DNA of 64,000 nucleotides from Styela clava (GCF_964204865.1 NC_135250.1:7936001-8000000); one strand, 5' to 3'. Shown: positions 24,801 through 40,806, counted from the stretch's first letter. Numbers and translations are program-made. The notes: a model not told the origin generated them from the letters alone.

Positions 24801-27800
24801 GGCAAAATATTCTTACTATGTTTCCTTTTTATTCTCGGTTTTATTTCACCCAAAAATCGTTATATTCTTTGGTAATCGTTTGTTATAAAATCACAGTGAA
24901 ATCGTATATATTATCTTTATTAAAATTAATCAGTTATCTGAAATGAAAATGGGAAGTTAGTTGACTATACATATTCTGGTGAAAATGAATTTTCAAAAAG
25001 TATAATTCTTTTTGGCTTTGAGTATTGTTACGCCCCGCTATTGCAGCTAGTCCAACTAATTGATTAACCAATCAGGCATTTACTATACATTTGAATATTC
25101 GTATATTTTAAAATTTCGTCAAAGTAATAGTCGAGATCTCTAGCCTGTCAAATACGATTATATTCAAACCACAGAAACATTACGATTACGACTATAATTG
25201 ATATTTTATGTAGAGTGAACCTGAGCGATACCAGCCGGAAAATAATCTATTGTGACAGCAAAGTTGAGATTTTTCGCTGTGGCGTATCTTAACAAATTTC
25301 AACAACGTAAAATATTTACTACAATGCCGATTGTCGCATGTATAGAACGTGTTACGCTACAAATTACCCGATAATCATGTTGAATTCTGCGTGCTGGTTG
25401 CGCATAAGAGGAAATTATTTTTGACCATGGTTGACTCATAGACTAGTCAATAGACTCGACTCAACTATAAATAATCAAAACTATTTCCTGTTCAAAAAGC
25501 TAACGTTATACAGAGATGTAATATATACATTTTTTAAATCTAACAAAATATTTACTTTCAAGTACTTTTCTAAGTACTACAGCTATATCGAACCTGCAAT
25601 TAAATACACGGTTTAAAATGTATCTAAAATATTCTCCCGTAAGCTGCGAATCTACGAATCACTTAAAAATAAATTAATATACCGTTTTTGTACTATATAT
25701 CACACATCCAATTAACCTAGATAACAGTTAAAGCCATGATGTACTTATCCCCCGTGGACACAATTGCGGCTGTGATAGCAATGTCTCTGAGGGACATTTG
25801 TTAACTGACCGTAATAGCCACTGGTCACTTTGTTTGTACGGCAAAAAGCAAATATACCACATGATATTATCCCTTACATAGTATAATTAAATAAAGCATT
25901 ATTGTTTGTTGAGTATATATATAGTTTATAATGTAGTTCATGATGCGTTTGTTTTCTGGTTGCAAAGGGTTAGTTTCAAATTGTACGAAAAACGTAAAAA
26001 AATGTCAAATCGTGAAAATGCACGCGGGATGTGTCGGTAAACCAACACCGAGGGCAAGCTGATGTGATCCAAAGACAATAGGACTTGGTGGGGTATTGAG
26101 CTCCAATCACAACACGCTAAGGAGATGACAAAAAGAAGCTCAAAACTTCCCACAATGCGGGCAAGAAGACAATTTCAAGGTCCGACAATTTACAATAGTC
26201 ATTGGGATATCGGATGACGAGTTAAGCTAGAACACAATTTTGGTTTGGTTTAGTTTGTGATCGAATTTTACATCGATGCAAAACAAAGAAAGGTCACACT
26301 GGGGGCCTAAAATTGACGTTTACAAAATTACGAAAAATAAAACAAGCCATTCACGTTGTTCGAAAATAATGAAGGAGAGTGGCTGCAAATTTAAAAGGAA
26401 GCTACGATTTTGCCTACTATTTATCCAATAAGAGAATTTGAAATTAATGTAAAATTAGTTCATGTATGAGAAATAGACGGGTAAAAAAGAAAAAACATCG
26501 TGCCATTACGACCTCCCAACAAATTTCGTTGTAACAAAGAGAGTAAAACGCATGATTTGTGAGCAGACTGTGTCAATAAAGCATTAAACTAATAAACCAA
26601 CCCCGTGCACATCCCTGAATAACAAACACGTAGCGTCATTCGAAAGGCTGAAATCATGCAAACCGCATTCCATCATTTATGTAAAGCAAATTGAATTGAA
26701 ATTAGAAATCCTCTAGCGCCATAACAAATTCTCTTATCGCATTTTTAATGTGGATTACATTACACGGTTAGGAGAGCGAGAAAGCGAGTTTATATTTTCC
26801 GCTTCATCAGACACAAGCCAGCTGGGAAAGTGACGACATCAAACTGCGAGGAGTATAAAGTTGTGTCGCGGGAGATTGACAAACTCGGGAAAATCACCCC
26901 CAGAGTCATCGCGATACGAACGTGAGAGGCCACCAAATTAGACAGCGGAAACGAAGGTTGGCTTATTCGGGTATTGTATATAACGATTGAGACCATATAA
27001 CCATCCCAACACCTAACAGTCGTGATACCCAATTATAGGCTGTTCATAGAAAAACTGTAACCTAATGCGTGATAAATTCATATGTGTCATCAGAATACAC
27101 ACGAATTCTCAGGAACAGTATTTTTCACGACATATGGTTGGCCAAATCATACAGATATAAGGTGATAAACTCAAGCAAGTGTCTGACTCATTTTCATATG
27201 AACAAAATGAAAGTTAATGATTTACATATCAAATAAAAAGCCTATATACGGGATGTATTTTCAAGTATGATTTGCATATTAAAATATTATTTTGTTTAGT
27301 AAGTCATTACTTGCCAGGTTGAACCACCGAAGGGACTCGAGACGCGCGAACCCATAATGAGTATCCCGTATTTTATTTTAATATTAGGGCTTCAATAAAA
27401 ATGTTACGACCGAACTGGATTTTTAATAAAATAATGCCTTATCAGGATAACAACGTTTGTCAAAAGTCTCGGTTGAAAAAACTGCAAAATTAACTACATT
27501 TTTCAGTAAACAAAACCTTAACGAATACGGCCGAAACGCGATCGGCAAACGGAGTCACCCTACCCTTGAACTCCGCCCTTTTCGGCGAATATAAATTCCA
27601 AATAGGATACTTATAAACATAATTACCTACAAATACTGTAATATACTATTAAATTTGAGGGTTTTTTTCATAGTGATATTCAGATTTACATAGGTGCATA
27701 TTCAATGGAACGAGCGTGACATTTGAAAACCATATAAATACACTAATGGCACCTACCTATTATCTTAGTAATCCGGGCAGATGAAACTGATAATTTTGTC

Positions 27801-30800
27801 TCAATTTTTATTCACGAAAAGCACGGAGTCAATAGTATTATCACATATAAACCAAAATGGCACATGGCAATATATTATTTTTTATTTAATAGCTGAATGA
27901 ATGGAACAATGGCGATCACCAACGTAATAAAAGCGAATTTAATTTTTCGCAAACGGAAATAAAATGATTTGAGTTCAAGAACTCGACTTAACCCGCTCAT
28001 CCGTTACCTTTTTGGCGAACTTCAACTCGGCTATATTCTGCGATAACGGGAGTCGCGAATAACAAATAGTCTATTTAAATCCTCCGTAGTCGTGCATCAG
28101 TTAGTGCTTGCGACAAGATTAGTACCAATTAAAAAAATATTTACTGTGGGGATGTAGGACTAATCCCTATTCCGGCCACATAAACTAGGCTAGGCTAACG
28201 TTGTATCACGCTGAGAATGTCAACAACACTCGACGCTCGTGGACAACAACGCTCTATTAACATAAACAAACATTACAAGTACGTGGATGTTTTAAAACGG
28301 TAAAACGAATACAATACGGGTAAAAATGTATAGTTGTAATGTATGTATAGTATACTAAATACATACTAATTTATATAGCTAAGTTAAGGCAAAGAACTGT
28401 CATTTGAACACGTACAACTCGAAAACCTGCATCTACTTTGTGTACGTATACTTACATACAAGTTCATTGTGTTCATTTACGTTACAGCAGGTAAAATAAC
28501 TGCCGCACTGCATAGAATCACATTCCCTTCTACATAATACATAAATATCATGATTTGCATTAAAATTAGTTCAAAACTTTGGTATTTGTTGGAAAACTAA
28601 GTGGGACATATTCCTGAGAATGTCACTACACTCAAGCTTTTCATGTTCTGCTATTATTGACCGAAAATGGAATACAGTACACTTTCAGCAGTAGTTAAAC
28701 AATGCCATCGAACTTCACACCTTCTTGGGGGAGAGTAACATACGCAGACGCTTACACAGGAAAGGCAGAAATTAGTACAGAGAGCCAACGAGCCAACTAG
28801 AAATCGAAATTCCGTCACTATAATTGACAGAAACAATTGCTATTATTGCCCAACTAATGAATTGAATCTGAAATCGCCCCCTGTCATTATCACGATTGTC
28901 ACTACTAAAGACATCAATCGTATAAGATCGATAACATGTAATTACGGCGCAATTGAACGGGCTTTCTAATTTGGTTATGAAGACAACGTTTTTATCACAG
29001 CGGGAATAAATCGCAACCCCGTCAAACGGAACGTGGTTAACTATGGGCCAATGATGAATAGCTCGAAGAAAAGAAAATTCTTTATGACGTATGGACCAAA
29101 ATGATAACTTATGAGTGGAAACGATTCTTGACACTTTCAATCCTAATTCCGGGGATCAAATGAAAACGAGACACGCCTACTACTGCCACACGCCATTGTT
29201 ATTTGTGACATCGACGGGCATGAACACTAAAATAAATTCGCAATTAAAAGATCGTACTGTAAATTTGACACCACAAACAAAGCAGTGACTGAATCACAGC
29301 AAAACTGCATTAAATGGCGGTTTATGGCTGGTCGTACAAGAGATTTTCCATCCTATATACAATTCTACAATCGAGATCCTTAAAATATCATTCGCCACAA
29401 TCATTAATAAACTGATATATTCATACCCACTTGTTTCTATTCAAATTTTAACATCGCCCTAATTAGCAAGTATGCATTACATGCTAGAATGACCTTGTCC
29501 TTGTTGACCTCTACTGCAAAACAACTTCGCGTCATAAACTAGCGTTCATTGCAAACATATTGCGCAAATAGGTCTGATAGCGAGCAAACACTCCCTTTGT
29601 TTAATTTAAGCTGGTCCAAGAGATAGCAAAATATATACAAGCAAGTATGGGATACGCTGTGTAAGCTTGAATATCTTTGGCAATATTCGACAAAGAATCA
29701 TTTTGGCAATGGTATACTATATATATGATAAAAAACGGACGTCTGTTCTAGTTTTTGTATCGCCAAAAAGAATAATATTGAGTCTCAGTGAAGAATAAAG
29801 GAGTAAATAAACAACTGAAAGCAGCAGTAAGGGCGATAACAATAGAATATCAGAAACACAACTATGAATCAACATCAAGCTCTTTTGTTTGATACAAATT
29901 CAAAATAAATGTCAACACCTTCAAATACTAAACTGAAAACCTCATTAAATTAGACGTTTGATATATATATATTCTAGTGTTGATCTTGAATTAGCATAAA
30001 ATGCTATTTCTTGAAGACTTCGTGCCATTTTGAATATGCCATATTAGATGTTAAAATGGGTAATCTATATTTTTGGAATATAGATTGACAAGTTTTGATT
30101 AATTTTTTAAAAGTTCAATTGTAGGTAGCACAGTTACTTACAGAGCAACTTTACTAAAATCCTAAAAGCTATTCAATAATTCTGTATTCTCGTATTTTAT
30201 TACACCACACTGTATTCTGATAAATTATCTTCTATCTTCCGTATAACCAACGTTAAGCATCGAATCTCGCCACCACACTCTCACACTAAAGCACTATATA
30301 TTATAATGAAGAAGACAAAAAGTAATCTGCAGATTCGCATCTTAACCTATTTTCGAATCCGATTATCTCGAGCGAACAAAACAAAATACATATTTATTCA
30401 ATCGAAGAATCTATATTACTGTGCCACAAACTTGTTTTGGTGGGGTTTCAAGATAGAACAATGAATATAAATGGTCGCTATGCTCGATTCAATAACAATC
30501 AAGATTGGCAACTGAATAGTTCTTCTCGCATCGAACATAACATACGATCTGGTATCCAAGGCTTAGCCTTATGCCAGTTCGATTACCAACCGTCGATACA
30601 AAATTAAAATAAAACGTATTTTTACAGCTATTTTTCAGAGACAATGACGCTTAAAGGGTACTTCAGCTTCCTAAAGTTTGAATCCTAACAAGCTATCCGT
30701 TTCCATAAGTACGTTGTTCAACAAGTTAAATCGTCCCAAAATGTGTTTTTATTTAAGTTGAAAATTTTAAAGGGAACCGCTATAAAAGCTTTGCGAGTTT

Positions 30801-32079
30801 CCTCTGCCTCAGGACTATTTAATATAATATATCAAGTACAAGTACAAGTTTTTGTGTTGAAACATAAGCAAATGGAAATTTTACATTTTCGCCGCTATTT
30901 AGATTAAAAATATTTCGGTAAAGTTTTGACTGACGAGTGGCGATAAAAACCTCTACGTCACAATTCCTTATAGATTTAAACTATGCAGCCTACGTTGTAA
31001 TCGAATATTCACTTTTGATTCGTACACTCTGGCTGCGTCCTTCTCCAAGCTCAATCCGTACTGGTTGATCCAAGTGATTGAAGCAAATCAGATTATGTTA
31101 CAAAATCATGAGATTTAATTAAGAATCAAGTTAAGCTCATTATTGTTTGTTTACTAACATCGTCTTCGTCAACTACAAATCGCCTGGATCATAAGCTTCG
31201 TCAACTGGTCCTAGAACAACGGCTGTGTTGAAGTCGTTAGTATCGAAAAGTTCGGCTTCTAGGCTAAGCAGTTGCATTGGTATGTCTAGAAAATTCAGTT
31301 TCAAGTTTCAACCAATCCGCACAAACTCTCATGGGGCCTCATTCTAACTATCTGATGGCATATTACAACAGCTATGCATAAATATCATTTAGGCTTATCT
31401 TATCCGGAGCTATTACGAGTAAATCGTCAATTAGTGAACCCATTCGTTACAACTTTCGCTTCTTTGTCGCAGCTAACAAACAAAAAACTACAGACTTCGC
31501 AAGTTCCCGCTATTTCTGGACCGATTTATCTCACGTAACAGTGGGAGGTCCATCGTACGAAGTGTGAGAGGTTCTAACTTTTAAGAAAGCTTTTACCCGC
31601 ACAGTAGGCTGTAGCCGTCTCCCTCGTGACGGGACTCTCCAATAGAGAGTAAGAGAAGTAACCTTTTCGACGATTAAACGATATTTCAAAACTCAATACT
31701 CTCACTGAAAATCATAAAAAGCTTCATAAGATTGTTGCGAAATTATGACGTCATCCGCCTTGAATAGCGTGATACGATACGCAACCATCGGGATAATTCA
31801 TAAAAATTACTACACAATGAGTAACCTACAAACCGCATATTGTAACACCTGAAACGATGTCTTTCTGTTTGTGATTGCCGTAACTCATAAAAATTTAATT
31901 TTCGCCCTGCGGGCCCACTCAATCGTCCCTCAACTGCATACAAATAAAATACTGATTAATTTAATTTTCCACCACATGCTACCAACTAAATACATCAACA
32001 GCTTTGACAAATGTCAGCTGTGAATAATAAACTTAAATTAAAGGAAACGGGCGTATTTCATATATATGCAAAAAATAAT

Positions 32080-35000
32080 CGTGCTCAAATCAATATTAGG
32101 TATCAATTTTTATATATTAAACGGATAAAGTTATATTTTGGCTACAAGGAAACTTTCTCCAATATTATTACGGTTGCGAGTATGTTATTCTTTTCACCCC
32201 CGGGGCAGTAAACTAAATTTCTCACGTATTTTATGCGAAAGTATCGTAATCCTGTATTATGGGTTGAAAACGCCAAAAAATGATAAATCAAATTTCTCAA
32301 TTTAATAAGAAAGTGATATATTTTACACATGGCCAAACTTGAAAATGTTTTTCCTAAAAACGATGTACTGCAAAACCTAATGAATGAAGCATGTTTTGCT
32401 GAAACTACCGATATTCGAAAGCACACATCCACACCGAAAAATAATTTGAGGTCAGATATAAAAGGAGAAAAACTCAAGAATCGATTGTTTCTTTAGCTGC
32501 CACGAAACGAGAAAAAAAAAATTAAAAAAAAAATACATGCATAATTATACTCTTCTTTACGGGATTAAGTCTTTAACCAAAACATCTGAATAACAATAGC
32601 TTCGAAATTGAGAAAACACATTTTGCGAAACATGCAAGCCATGCTGAAGCCAGGAAGATGTGTAAGAAAGATTATTTCGGCTTATGGCGAATTTGTCTCA
32701 ACACGACGTGGAAGCGGGAGACACTAATGCGAAAACAACAGTGCCGGTAGCAATTAGAATTGTACTGAAGTAGTAAGTCAGACTGCCGTCACATCACCCC
32801 AAACCATACAACAACAACCTGGTTCAGTCCAAACCCCTGCATATCCTCCAATACTATATTGACAGTGACATCTCAATTTGCTGACGTACAGCCTAACCAT
32901 TCTGAAACAAGTTCATTGATGTCCTATCTGAAAGAAAAGTTTAAAACGTGCTTCCCGTCGACATCAATAGCCCACACCTCTCGAAACTGGGCCTCGTGGG
33001 CGACGCCGTAACTAAAATAAACAAACGCCTTTGTGCAGTGATATAAAGAAGGTCGCGATGTGACAACGACTATTTACATTATTACTAACACGACGAAGTA
33101 TCTCCAATGCAAGAGGGCGACGAGATCGCTATCGCCACCGAATTAATAAGGAAACAGCGAGGTGAAGCCAGATCGCATTATAAATGCCTGATCTAACGGC
33201 GTTCAACTCCAGCCTAAAATATCTCAATGGACAGATAACGAACGTCAACGTTCCTGACCAAAGTGCTCCGTGTGACTTAATCGACGTATATGTACAGTTA
33301 CACATGGCGCAGACCAGACTAGTAAATCGTCAAATATGGAAGTGTATGTTTGTGTGAGTTTCGAGGTACTGCAGAAAATATGAGACCTATGTTGTGTACA
33401 TTTTTCGGATATTTATGCTTTTCGCATTTCTTATTTATTTACTGATGTTCATATTGTGAATCGAATCGCATCACTCTGGGCACACATGGTCTTTAAAATA
33501 AATTCGACGAAGTTATCGTGTGCAACCTCATTTTATCTTGACATAAACGAGATAACTATTAATGAGACGACATCATAATTATAAATATTTCAAAACGACG
33601 GTATCCAATATTTTTCCGAAGCCTGGCTTTTGTATATTTGGCAATGAAAATCCAAATTTATTTGATTAAAAACGTTAAAAACAAAAGCAAAGCATATTAT
33701 GAGGCTATGTTAGCTGCTTTCTGTTGGTTCAAGCATTTTGAATCATAACCCATGAAATATGAAACCGAGAGCAGGGTCTTTTGTAATTTGGATGCATCGA
33801 ATTGCAGCTATCAGAAATTCGCTTTTGATTACTTTGAAGAGATCGAATAAGCTCAATCATGAACGATTAAAAATCTTTATATTTATGCACAATTCATTAG
33901 TGGCTTAAGATAATTCAAACGCGAATAGAATATATCCCAGGGAACTTGTTTATGAACAGCTGCAATCAGGAGCATAAATATTCCGACAGTCGCGACGCCG
34001 ATGTTATGCACGCGCCTTGGCAGATTCGATGTTATGACTGGGCTTAAAATTAGCATCATATTATTGGGATTGTAAAGTTTGGACCGTCTATCTATCCTAT
34101 ACAATTGATGCGAGTTGCAGTCAGCGCTATACATGGGAAACATAGCAAAGATAGTGAATTCCATAAGAAAGAAGCCGTAAGAGGAAGAAGTTCAACCTCG
34201 AAGAACCGTTGTGCAATTGATTATATCTATACTGTATTTGATTATATATATATTTGCTATCATAAAATATGCCAATAAAAATTTGAACCTAACTATCAGT
34301 TGCGGTTACGAAAAAGTAACTACATTTCCATGCTCTTGTCTGAACCTTAGAGCAAGGGGATCCGCATCCCTGTCGCGCAGGTGCTGTAGCAAGAATATAG
34401 ATGACTATTCTATTTAATTCGAGAGTCTTGCTGCACACACCTGAAAATCTTCAGCAGAACACTCGGGAGCATACACTCATTATAGGATTGTATTATACTT
34501 CTGTATTTTTATAATATTTAACCTATAAACATACTTTCCAATTTGTATGTCAAGTTGCGGAACTCAGGTAAACCCATTGCCAATTTTTTAATACACTCCT
34601 TTGTCTATCCGTAAGCTCTTCATACCTCTTACCACTCATCAAAACCAGTTTTCATTCAATCTTCACAATAGACAAACATAATTACGAAGTATATATAAAA
34701 CAACACTTGCAGTGTGAAGAGGGACGCGATAAACCAGTGAAAGTTATCGAGCAGCGTCATCCTGTGCACTCGTTCCATATATATTCGGTATTTAAATGAC
34801 AAGCATGTGATTTATTATTCCACATACTTTTGTATAGATTGGTACGTGCAATGATCGGTTCATTTAGAGTAGTGATTAGTGCAAATACATAGGGAATACA
34901 TGACTAAAAAGAGATTTGTATTTGTTTTATCCAACAAGATTGTTGAAAATTGAATCTCTAGCACCTCCACTTGGAAAAGTCATGGAATGACATTGAAAGT

Positions 35001-38000
35001 TAGTGAAATTTTTCTGGAAGCACATGGCGTTTCATTATGTGAAAACAGTAAAAATTCCACAACTAAAAAGAGCTAGACTTGGCCATAAGAAAACTTGTTT
35101 GGCTAGGTGCTTATCTCCCTCATGCTATTGACCAACTCGACAAAATCTAAAACTGTTCACGTTCCGAGGATACATATTATACAGTAGTCGGTATTATCCT
35201 AAAGTTTCGAAACCACGCGATAGAAAATTCGGTATACCGAAATATCGGTAAGTACGGCAACAATTCTTCATTTCGTTTTAAAATATTATCATGATCATTT
35301 CACACATTTTGAAGATTTCAAGTTTAAAGACCTCTGCAAATATTACTGGGAACGCTGTGGATTTTGTACGTGAAAAACCCCATTAAATCTACAGCATGTG
35401 TTAGTGAAAAGGAAAGAAGTGTTTAATTAAGTAAAAATCGCGTTATCAAAGTGTGCATTATATACGTACTATATCACTTTATAACACAATTGTTGAAACA
35501 CCGTATATTTTTCTTGCTATACCACAATAATTCACGTTCTTTACGTGTGTATAAATTACGTACTATTCCGCGTTAAATCCGCAATTTTTTATCCTATAGA
35601 CCTATAGTGCATGTCGATATCCTTGAATTAATATAATTATATTGGTCAAACAAATATTAGCTTCTACCTTAAATGTGGTAAACAAAATATAGACTCTGGC
35701 TACATTTATTTTTTCATAAAAATGGAAAACAATGAAAAGGTTATTTTCACAGCAACATCCTCATCTTTCATATTTGGAATTTCCCAATACTTCTTCAACT
35801 TTCGGAATAATGTATCATAGGCATTCACCGGGAAACTTTCAGAAAATTTCTGAAATATTGGCACAACCATACAGTCTTTTTTAAACTCTTTAAAGTTAGT
35901 GCGAATCTCAAATTTCAATTTGTCATCCCACCATTTCTGCAATTTTGTGTCGATTCCGTTGTATAAAGCTTGAAAGCGATCACAAACGTGTTGCTCCGGG
36001 TGATTCATTTTTTTCACGTAATCAGTTAGCGGTTGAAAGTAAAAGTCCTGGAAAACACCATATCCTGATTTTGAATCTATATCGCCGTTTTCCAATTCAA
36101 TATCTGATATCACAAAGCCGTATGCAGCAACCATGCCTTTGGGCTTTAGCACCCTTTCGCATTCCTCTACAAATTTTGATACATCCATGAAATGCAAAGA
36201 AAAACAACTTGTGACCAAATCGACGCTTTTGTCGTCACAGGGAAAAGCATCGGAGTTGCCAACGACGTAAGCCACGTTTTCTTCCAATTCCATCTCCTGG
36301 GCTAGTTTTATTTGCTCAGAACTGACGTCAAATCCTAAGATTGAATTAAAATTAGGCGAAAAAGCTCTGGTCGACCTTCCACTACCGCATCCAACGTCGA
36401 GCATAAATTGAAACTTTACACTCTCATCGGATGTTTCGCCGTAGCATTTTGTTAACTCGTATATAATTTTTGTAGTTATCGCAGTATCCAACGGTGATTT
36501 CTTGGAGAATTTCATAGCGGAGTCTCTGCTGCTATATTCATTCATAGTATTTTTGTGAATAACAAAATTTGGATGCCGTACATACACGTAACTTTATATT
36601 TTGTAATCTGGTTAAATATATCAGTAGATTACAAGCCTGAGAAGTCATAAAAGTAATTTAAAGCACTGAAAATTGGATTTTTCAAATTACTATCCCTTTT
36701 CAATTCCAATTAGGGTCACCTATAAACAGTATCTGCAGTATTTTTGTGGGGGAAAGTCATCACATTTGTACAAAACAACATATTGCGTTCCTCGTCTCAA
36801 AGGTATGCTTCTTCGCCCGAATAGATTAAGAAGGACAATCGCAAAGTTGTTTTATCAGTTTCCCATATATTTTTTCAAACAAATTAATAAGTTCTATTTA
36901 TAACCTTATTTCGACGATAAATGCAAAACAACACCACCAACTTTAATTAATTTATAAACAGACTTGACATATTCTTTTTTATCGCAATTGTACGCCACAA
37001 TATACATTTTCTGTCGCACTAAATCTCAAAAATCTGGCATATATTACCTATTTGTAAATATATTGTCCTGGCTCATTGAAACTGGTCGCCGACCAAAAGT
37101 GTATAAAGCACCGTTTACTTCGATTCGCCTTCGATTGCCTCGCCTTGCTGGAAACAGAAACGCTGATTCGCGATAACGGTTAGTTATAAAATGCGAAGAT
37201 CGACGCGAATTACCAATACAGATCCGTAACACAAGAGCAATAAATCAAATAATCGATCAAGCGGATATGTCTCTGTAGAGTTGACAAACGCTTAGTTCGT
37301 GTTACGATTACGATAATCCATCCTACACGTGAGTTGATGTTTCGCAGAAATATGTATTACATCAGTAACAACGATGTCTTCTTGTCCCAAATATTTATCG
37401 TTTGAATGGATAAAAAAATAATTACGATAAAATGAATGAATTCGTCTACATTTGAAAAAAAATCTACCTATCTAACCCTAAATAAAACTTTAAAGTAATT
37501 ATGCAGTTTTAACGTAATGACGCCTTTATATTTTGATAGGGTCAAGACAATATCGATATTAATACTAATTTATCTTGGCAACAACGAATCTAATAATTGA
37601 TATATTTTTTACTTTCTGATCCTTTTTTTAGGACCCGTTTATTTTCGAAATATGTAAAACTAATGAAGAAATGCCATGAAGTTTTATCACAATTTACTCG
37701 GGTGATTGGTGTGCGTATCCAACCGGTAGTAAAAGGTTTGGCGCAATTTGAAAATTTATTCATGACGTCATATAACATATTTACATAACCGTGAAATGTC
37801 TATTATGAAGACATAATAGATTATTGTGACCTCACGAATGACATAGCCAAAGGCTTTTAATTATCTAAATTCGACCCTGCTAGTTGCACAAGTGGTTACA
37901 CATATTGCAATTTTTACGCCATTACTGATTGATTGGTCATTGTTACGGAAATAAACAAAGAAATTGATTATCGGTGGAATATATATATCCAATGAATCCA

Positions 38001-38600
38001 TATCCATACTGAAACTTACTTCATAGGAAAGAATGCCCCTCTCTGCGTGTTATTACCCCGTGTTCCCAACAGACTTCTTCAGAGGTCGATTATATACAGT
38101 ATATTGTAATGCCAAAGGTTCGTATATAAATATATATTGTAAAGTTGCACGATCGAATTGAATCCAAACAAATATAAGGAAATATACACTTAAACCTTAA
38201 TACCAGTTATACGGTTAAAATTCAAATCAGTATTTCTGCGAAAACATGAAAAACACTATATTCTCAACTCTTAAACGAAGGCTGAAAACACGTCACAACT
38301 TCCTCGATACGAAGAACGGTCGATAACAAAGAAGGAATGCTGAGACTTGTCGCTTGTGGTGATAAATCATAATCAGGGAAAATAGGTCACTGACCTATTT
38401 ATTGAATTCACATACTATTAATTCAAAGTGGTTAAATAACATCAAAATCCATAGTTATCAAAGTTTCAAGTGCTTAGTGAGTGACCCCCCATGAAAGTCA
38501 TGATCCAACCCTGCCTGTATCGCTTACCTTTTTTATGGATATTGAACAACCAATCAGATATAAATTTAATATTATTTAAAGTGCATTAAATATGCAAGTA
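32080..38600. repeat. Segmental duplication unit carrying methyltransferase copy 1
   Basis: Blocks recur: ~32080-33280 at ~43624-44640; ~34800-35230 at ~43340-43590; ~35245-37370 at ~45995-48380; ~38150-38580 at ~49340-49960; ~33100-33345 at ~42405-42630. Confidence 0.85.
35706..36545 (-). CDS. Class I SAM-dependent methyltransferase (Methyltransf_11-like), copy 1, intronless, 279 aa
   Basis: Motif I LDVGCGSG, GFDVSSEQI and SVDLVT; start MNEYSS matches the paralog starts (the ORF track extends further upstream to 36587). Confidence 0.9.
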   Translation of the reverse strand: MNEYSSRDSAMKFSKKSPLDTAITTKIIYELTKCYGETSDESVKFQFMLDVGCGSGRSTRAFSPNFNSILGFDVSSEQIKLAQEMELEENVAYVVGNSDAFPCDDKSVDLVTSCFSLHFMDVSKFVEECERVLKPKGMVAAYGFVISDIELENGDIDSKSGYGVFQDFYFQPLTDYVKKMNHPEQHVCDRFQALYNGIDTKLQKWWDDKLKFEIRTNFKEFKKDCMVVPIFQKFSESFPVNAYDTLFRKLKKYWEIPNMKDEDVAVKITFSLFSIFMKK

Positions 38601-39169
38601 ATGGCAAATATTGTAAATAACCAGATGAAAAAAAAAACCGGCTAGTTAAATATACACCTATTATGGTAATGGTATAATCCTGACATAGACAAACTATGGT
38701 GCAAACTATATCAAAGTGTGCATTATATACGTACTATATCACTTTATAATATAGCCTACTTGTTGAAACACCGTATAGGCCGCGAGACGAGGTCGTATAT
38801 ATTTCAGTTCCGTCGCGCACATAAGGGAACTACTAGTCTACTACCTGAAAATAATTTTGAAAATCTCTATAGAAATTTAGTAACAAATATTACGTTGTAC
38901 CCATTTCCAAATGTTGCACGTTTCACGAAAAAGAGGCTTTTACTACAAGAAATATCTGTCCTATATTCTCTACGTTTCCGGCAACAGTGGCCAATGACAC
39001 AGACTTCTGCAAGACGTAACAATTAAAATTTGGTTAGCTGTAAGCGGTCGGATGAATCTCAGATCTACTACTCGCTTTTGCGAGTTGTGTATCCTTCTCA
39101 TTGTCTTTTTAGTTATCATTAGTCAAATTAATCTAAGACGGTGTTAAAGAGTATTAGTAAGCTATTGTG

Positions 39170-39700
39170 AAGACCCTTGTTTTGTCTGCTAAAGCAGCTA
39201 AATGATGTCATGTGATATTGTTTCCATATAGCTATTTTGGCATTGAAGACACTGGGGGGCGTTGTGACACTGTCGGTTCTGTTCTTTTAGATGGCTGTTG
39301 GCGTGTGGTGTGGTTGGTGCCGGTACAGTGCGGTTGGTTTTCAGTTGGATTCTGGTCGTGTGTGTCTGTGGGGGTGCCTCTGATCTCAGGTGGGTTGTCG
39401 GCGATGTTGATTTGTGGTTTTTTGGCTGCGGTATAGGGATTTGTTGGATGTTTTTAGGCTAGACAGTAGGCTGATATTATTGTTTCAGTACAGTGCCATT
39501 GCAGTTTTTTTAGCGTTGTATTTTTGGTTGTTGTCAGGGAATTAGCTATCATCAATACGATTCAAAGTGTTTTTATTGTGTAGCCTATATTCTGTTTTCT
39601 TGCATTGTGCTGCCTGGTACTTGTTGCTTTATTGTATGCTTTTCGTTTCATTGGAGTGTTTGGCTGTATTAACCGTTTCATTGTAGGATAATTATTAAAT
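39170..39700 (-). mobile_element. Possible degraded non-LTR retrotransposon 3' fragment
   Basis: Strong strand skew (GT-rich on +); the - strand reads CLQC..METISH, resembling the CCHC knuckle at the end of LINE ORF2; frames are interrupted. Confidence 0.3.
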
Positions 39701-40806
39701 ATAACAAAATAGCATAAATTGAAGTGAATATTGAGAGGAAAATTGACGCCAGACTATATTGGAGGATATTCTGAACTTGGATAATTATTTCATAGACTGT
39801 CGGTACGCTACACTATTAAAAAATTGAAAATTCTTACCTTGAATAGCAATATTAGTTGAGCACTAGCTCATAAAACGTTGATAAATAGGTACGGTAAGGT
39901 AACTCCAAAGAAGGCTAAACCTAGAAAGATATGTCACAAATAACGATATTGCTTGTATGGAAGGTTTATGATTAATATAATGACAATACTACTAGACTTA
40001 TACTACTATATAGAGTACAGCACCTTTGATTCAGAAAATATTTGATTCAGTTTGTGTAATACACATTTGTGAGAAAGAGGGGAAAGTAACCAATTTTTCT
40101 GATGTTAGTTGGTCTAAACTCTAAATTCCCAGAGTCGACAAGAACCTGGGCAACAATGTTTGGAGGAAAGTTGAAAGAAAAATACAGTATAGTATTGGAA
40201 GCGATTGAGAGGTGAGGAATCGAGGAATCACGTATGAAGTTGTAGGCCGACAGATGATGTTTTAAAATATATGTTAAACACTCATGTTGTTCCAAATATG
40301 ATTTTCTTCCTCATTTTAGATACTGTCTACAGAAGACAGCGGCAATGTTTTACCCATCCCGCCTAACGCAGGCTACCATCGCTGCTGATATCAGTGCTAT
40401 ATCTGTAAGAATAAAATTAATCGAAGAAGAAGTCTTAAAAAAAACGCAACGGTATAGGAGAATCATACCAGTTGCAAACAGTTTGAATAGGCTATTCCTA
40501 TTTAAATACATGGCATTCTTCTGCACCTGATGAGAATGAGAATTTCGGAAGCAATTCAAAGGAGAGTCGATTAGATATTGAAGTTAATTTAATAAATATT
40601 ATTCATCAGTTTTTTCTCATACATCTGCTAGTGTCGAAAGTCCTGTTTCTATAAATAATATTGCCTTTGTTTGAAAAAAGACTAATTGTAATATTTCTGT
40701 TCATTATGTTATGTACTGACTGTATTCATTTAATTTTCTTGATTTTTTCATGTAAATTTCTCAGGGAGAAATAACCGAAAGAAAGAAATAACTTATATAG
40801 GAGAAA

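Noticed and set aside
25000-32000. Short ORFs, including 28772-29140, as genes
   Set aside because: No motifs or consistent exon chain found; probably 5' UTR intron or regulatory DNA of the CILP-like gene.
39040-39110. Hairpin ctcgc-tttt-gcgag as a ribozyme or terminator
   Set aside because: No hammerhead core (CUGANGA...GAAA) visible; a single hairpin is insufficient evidence.
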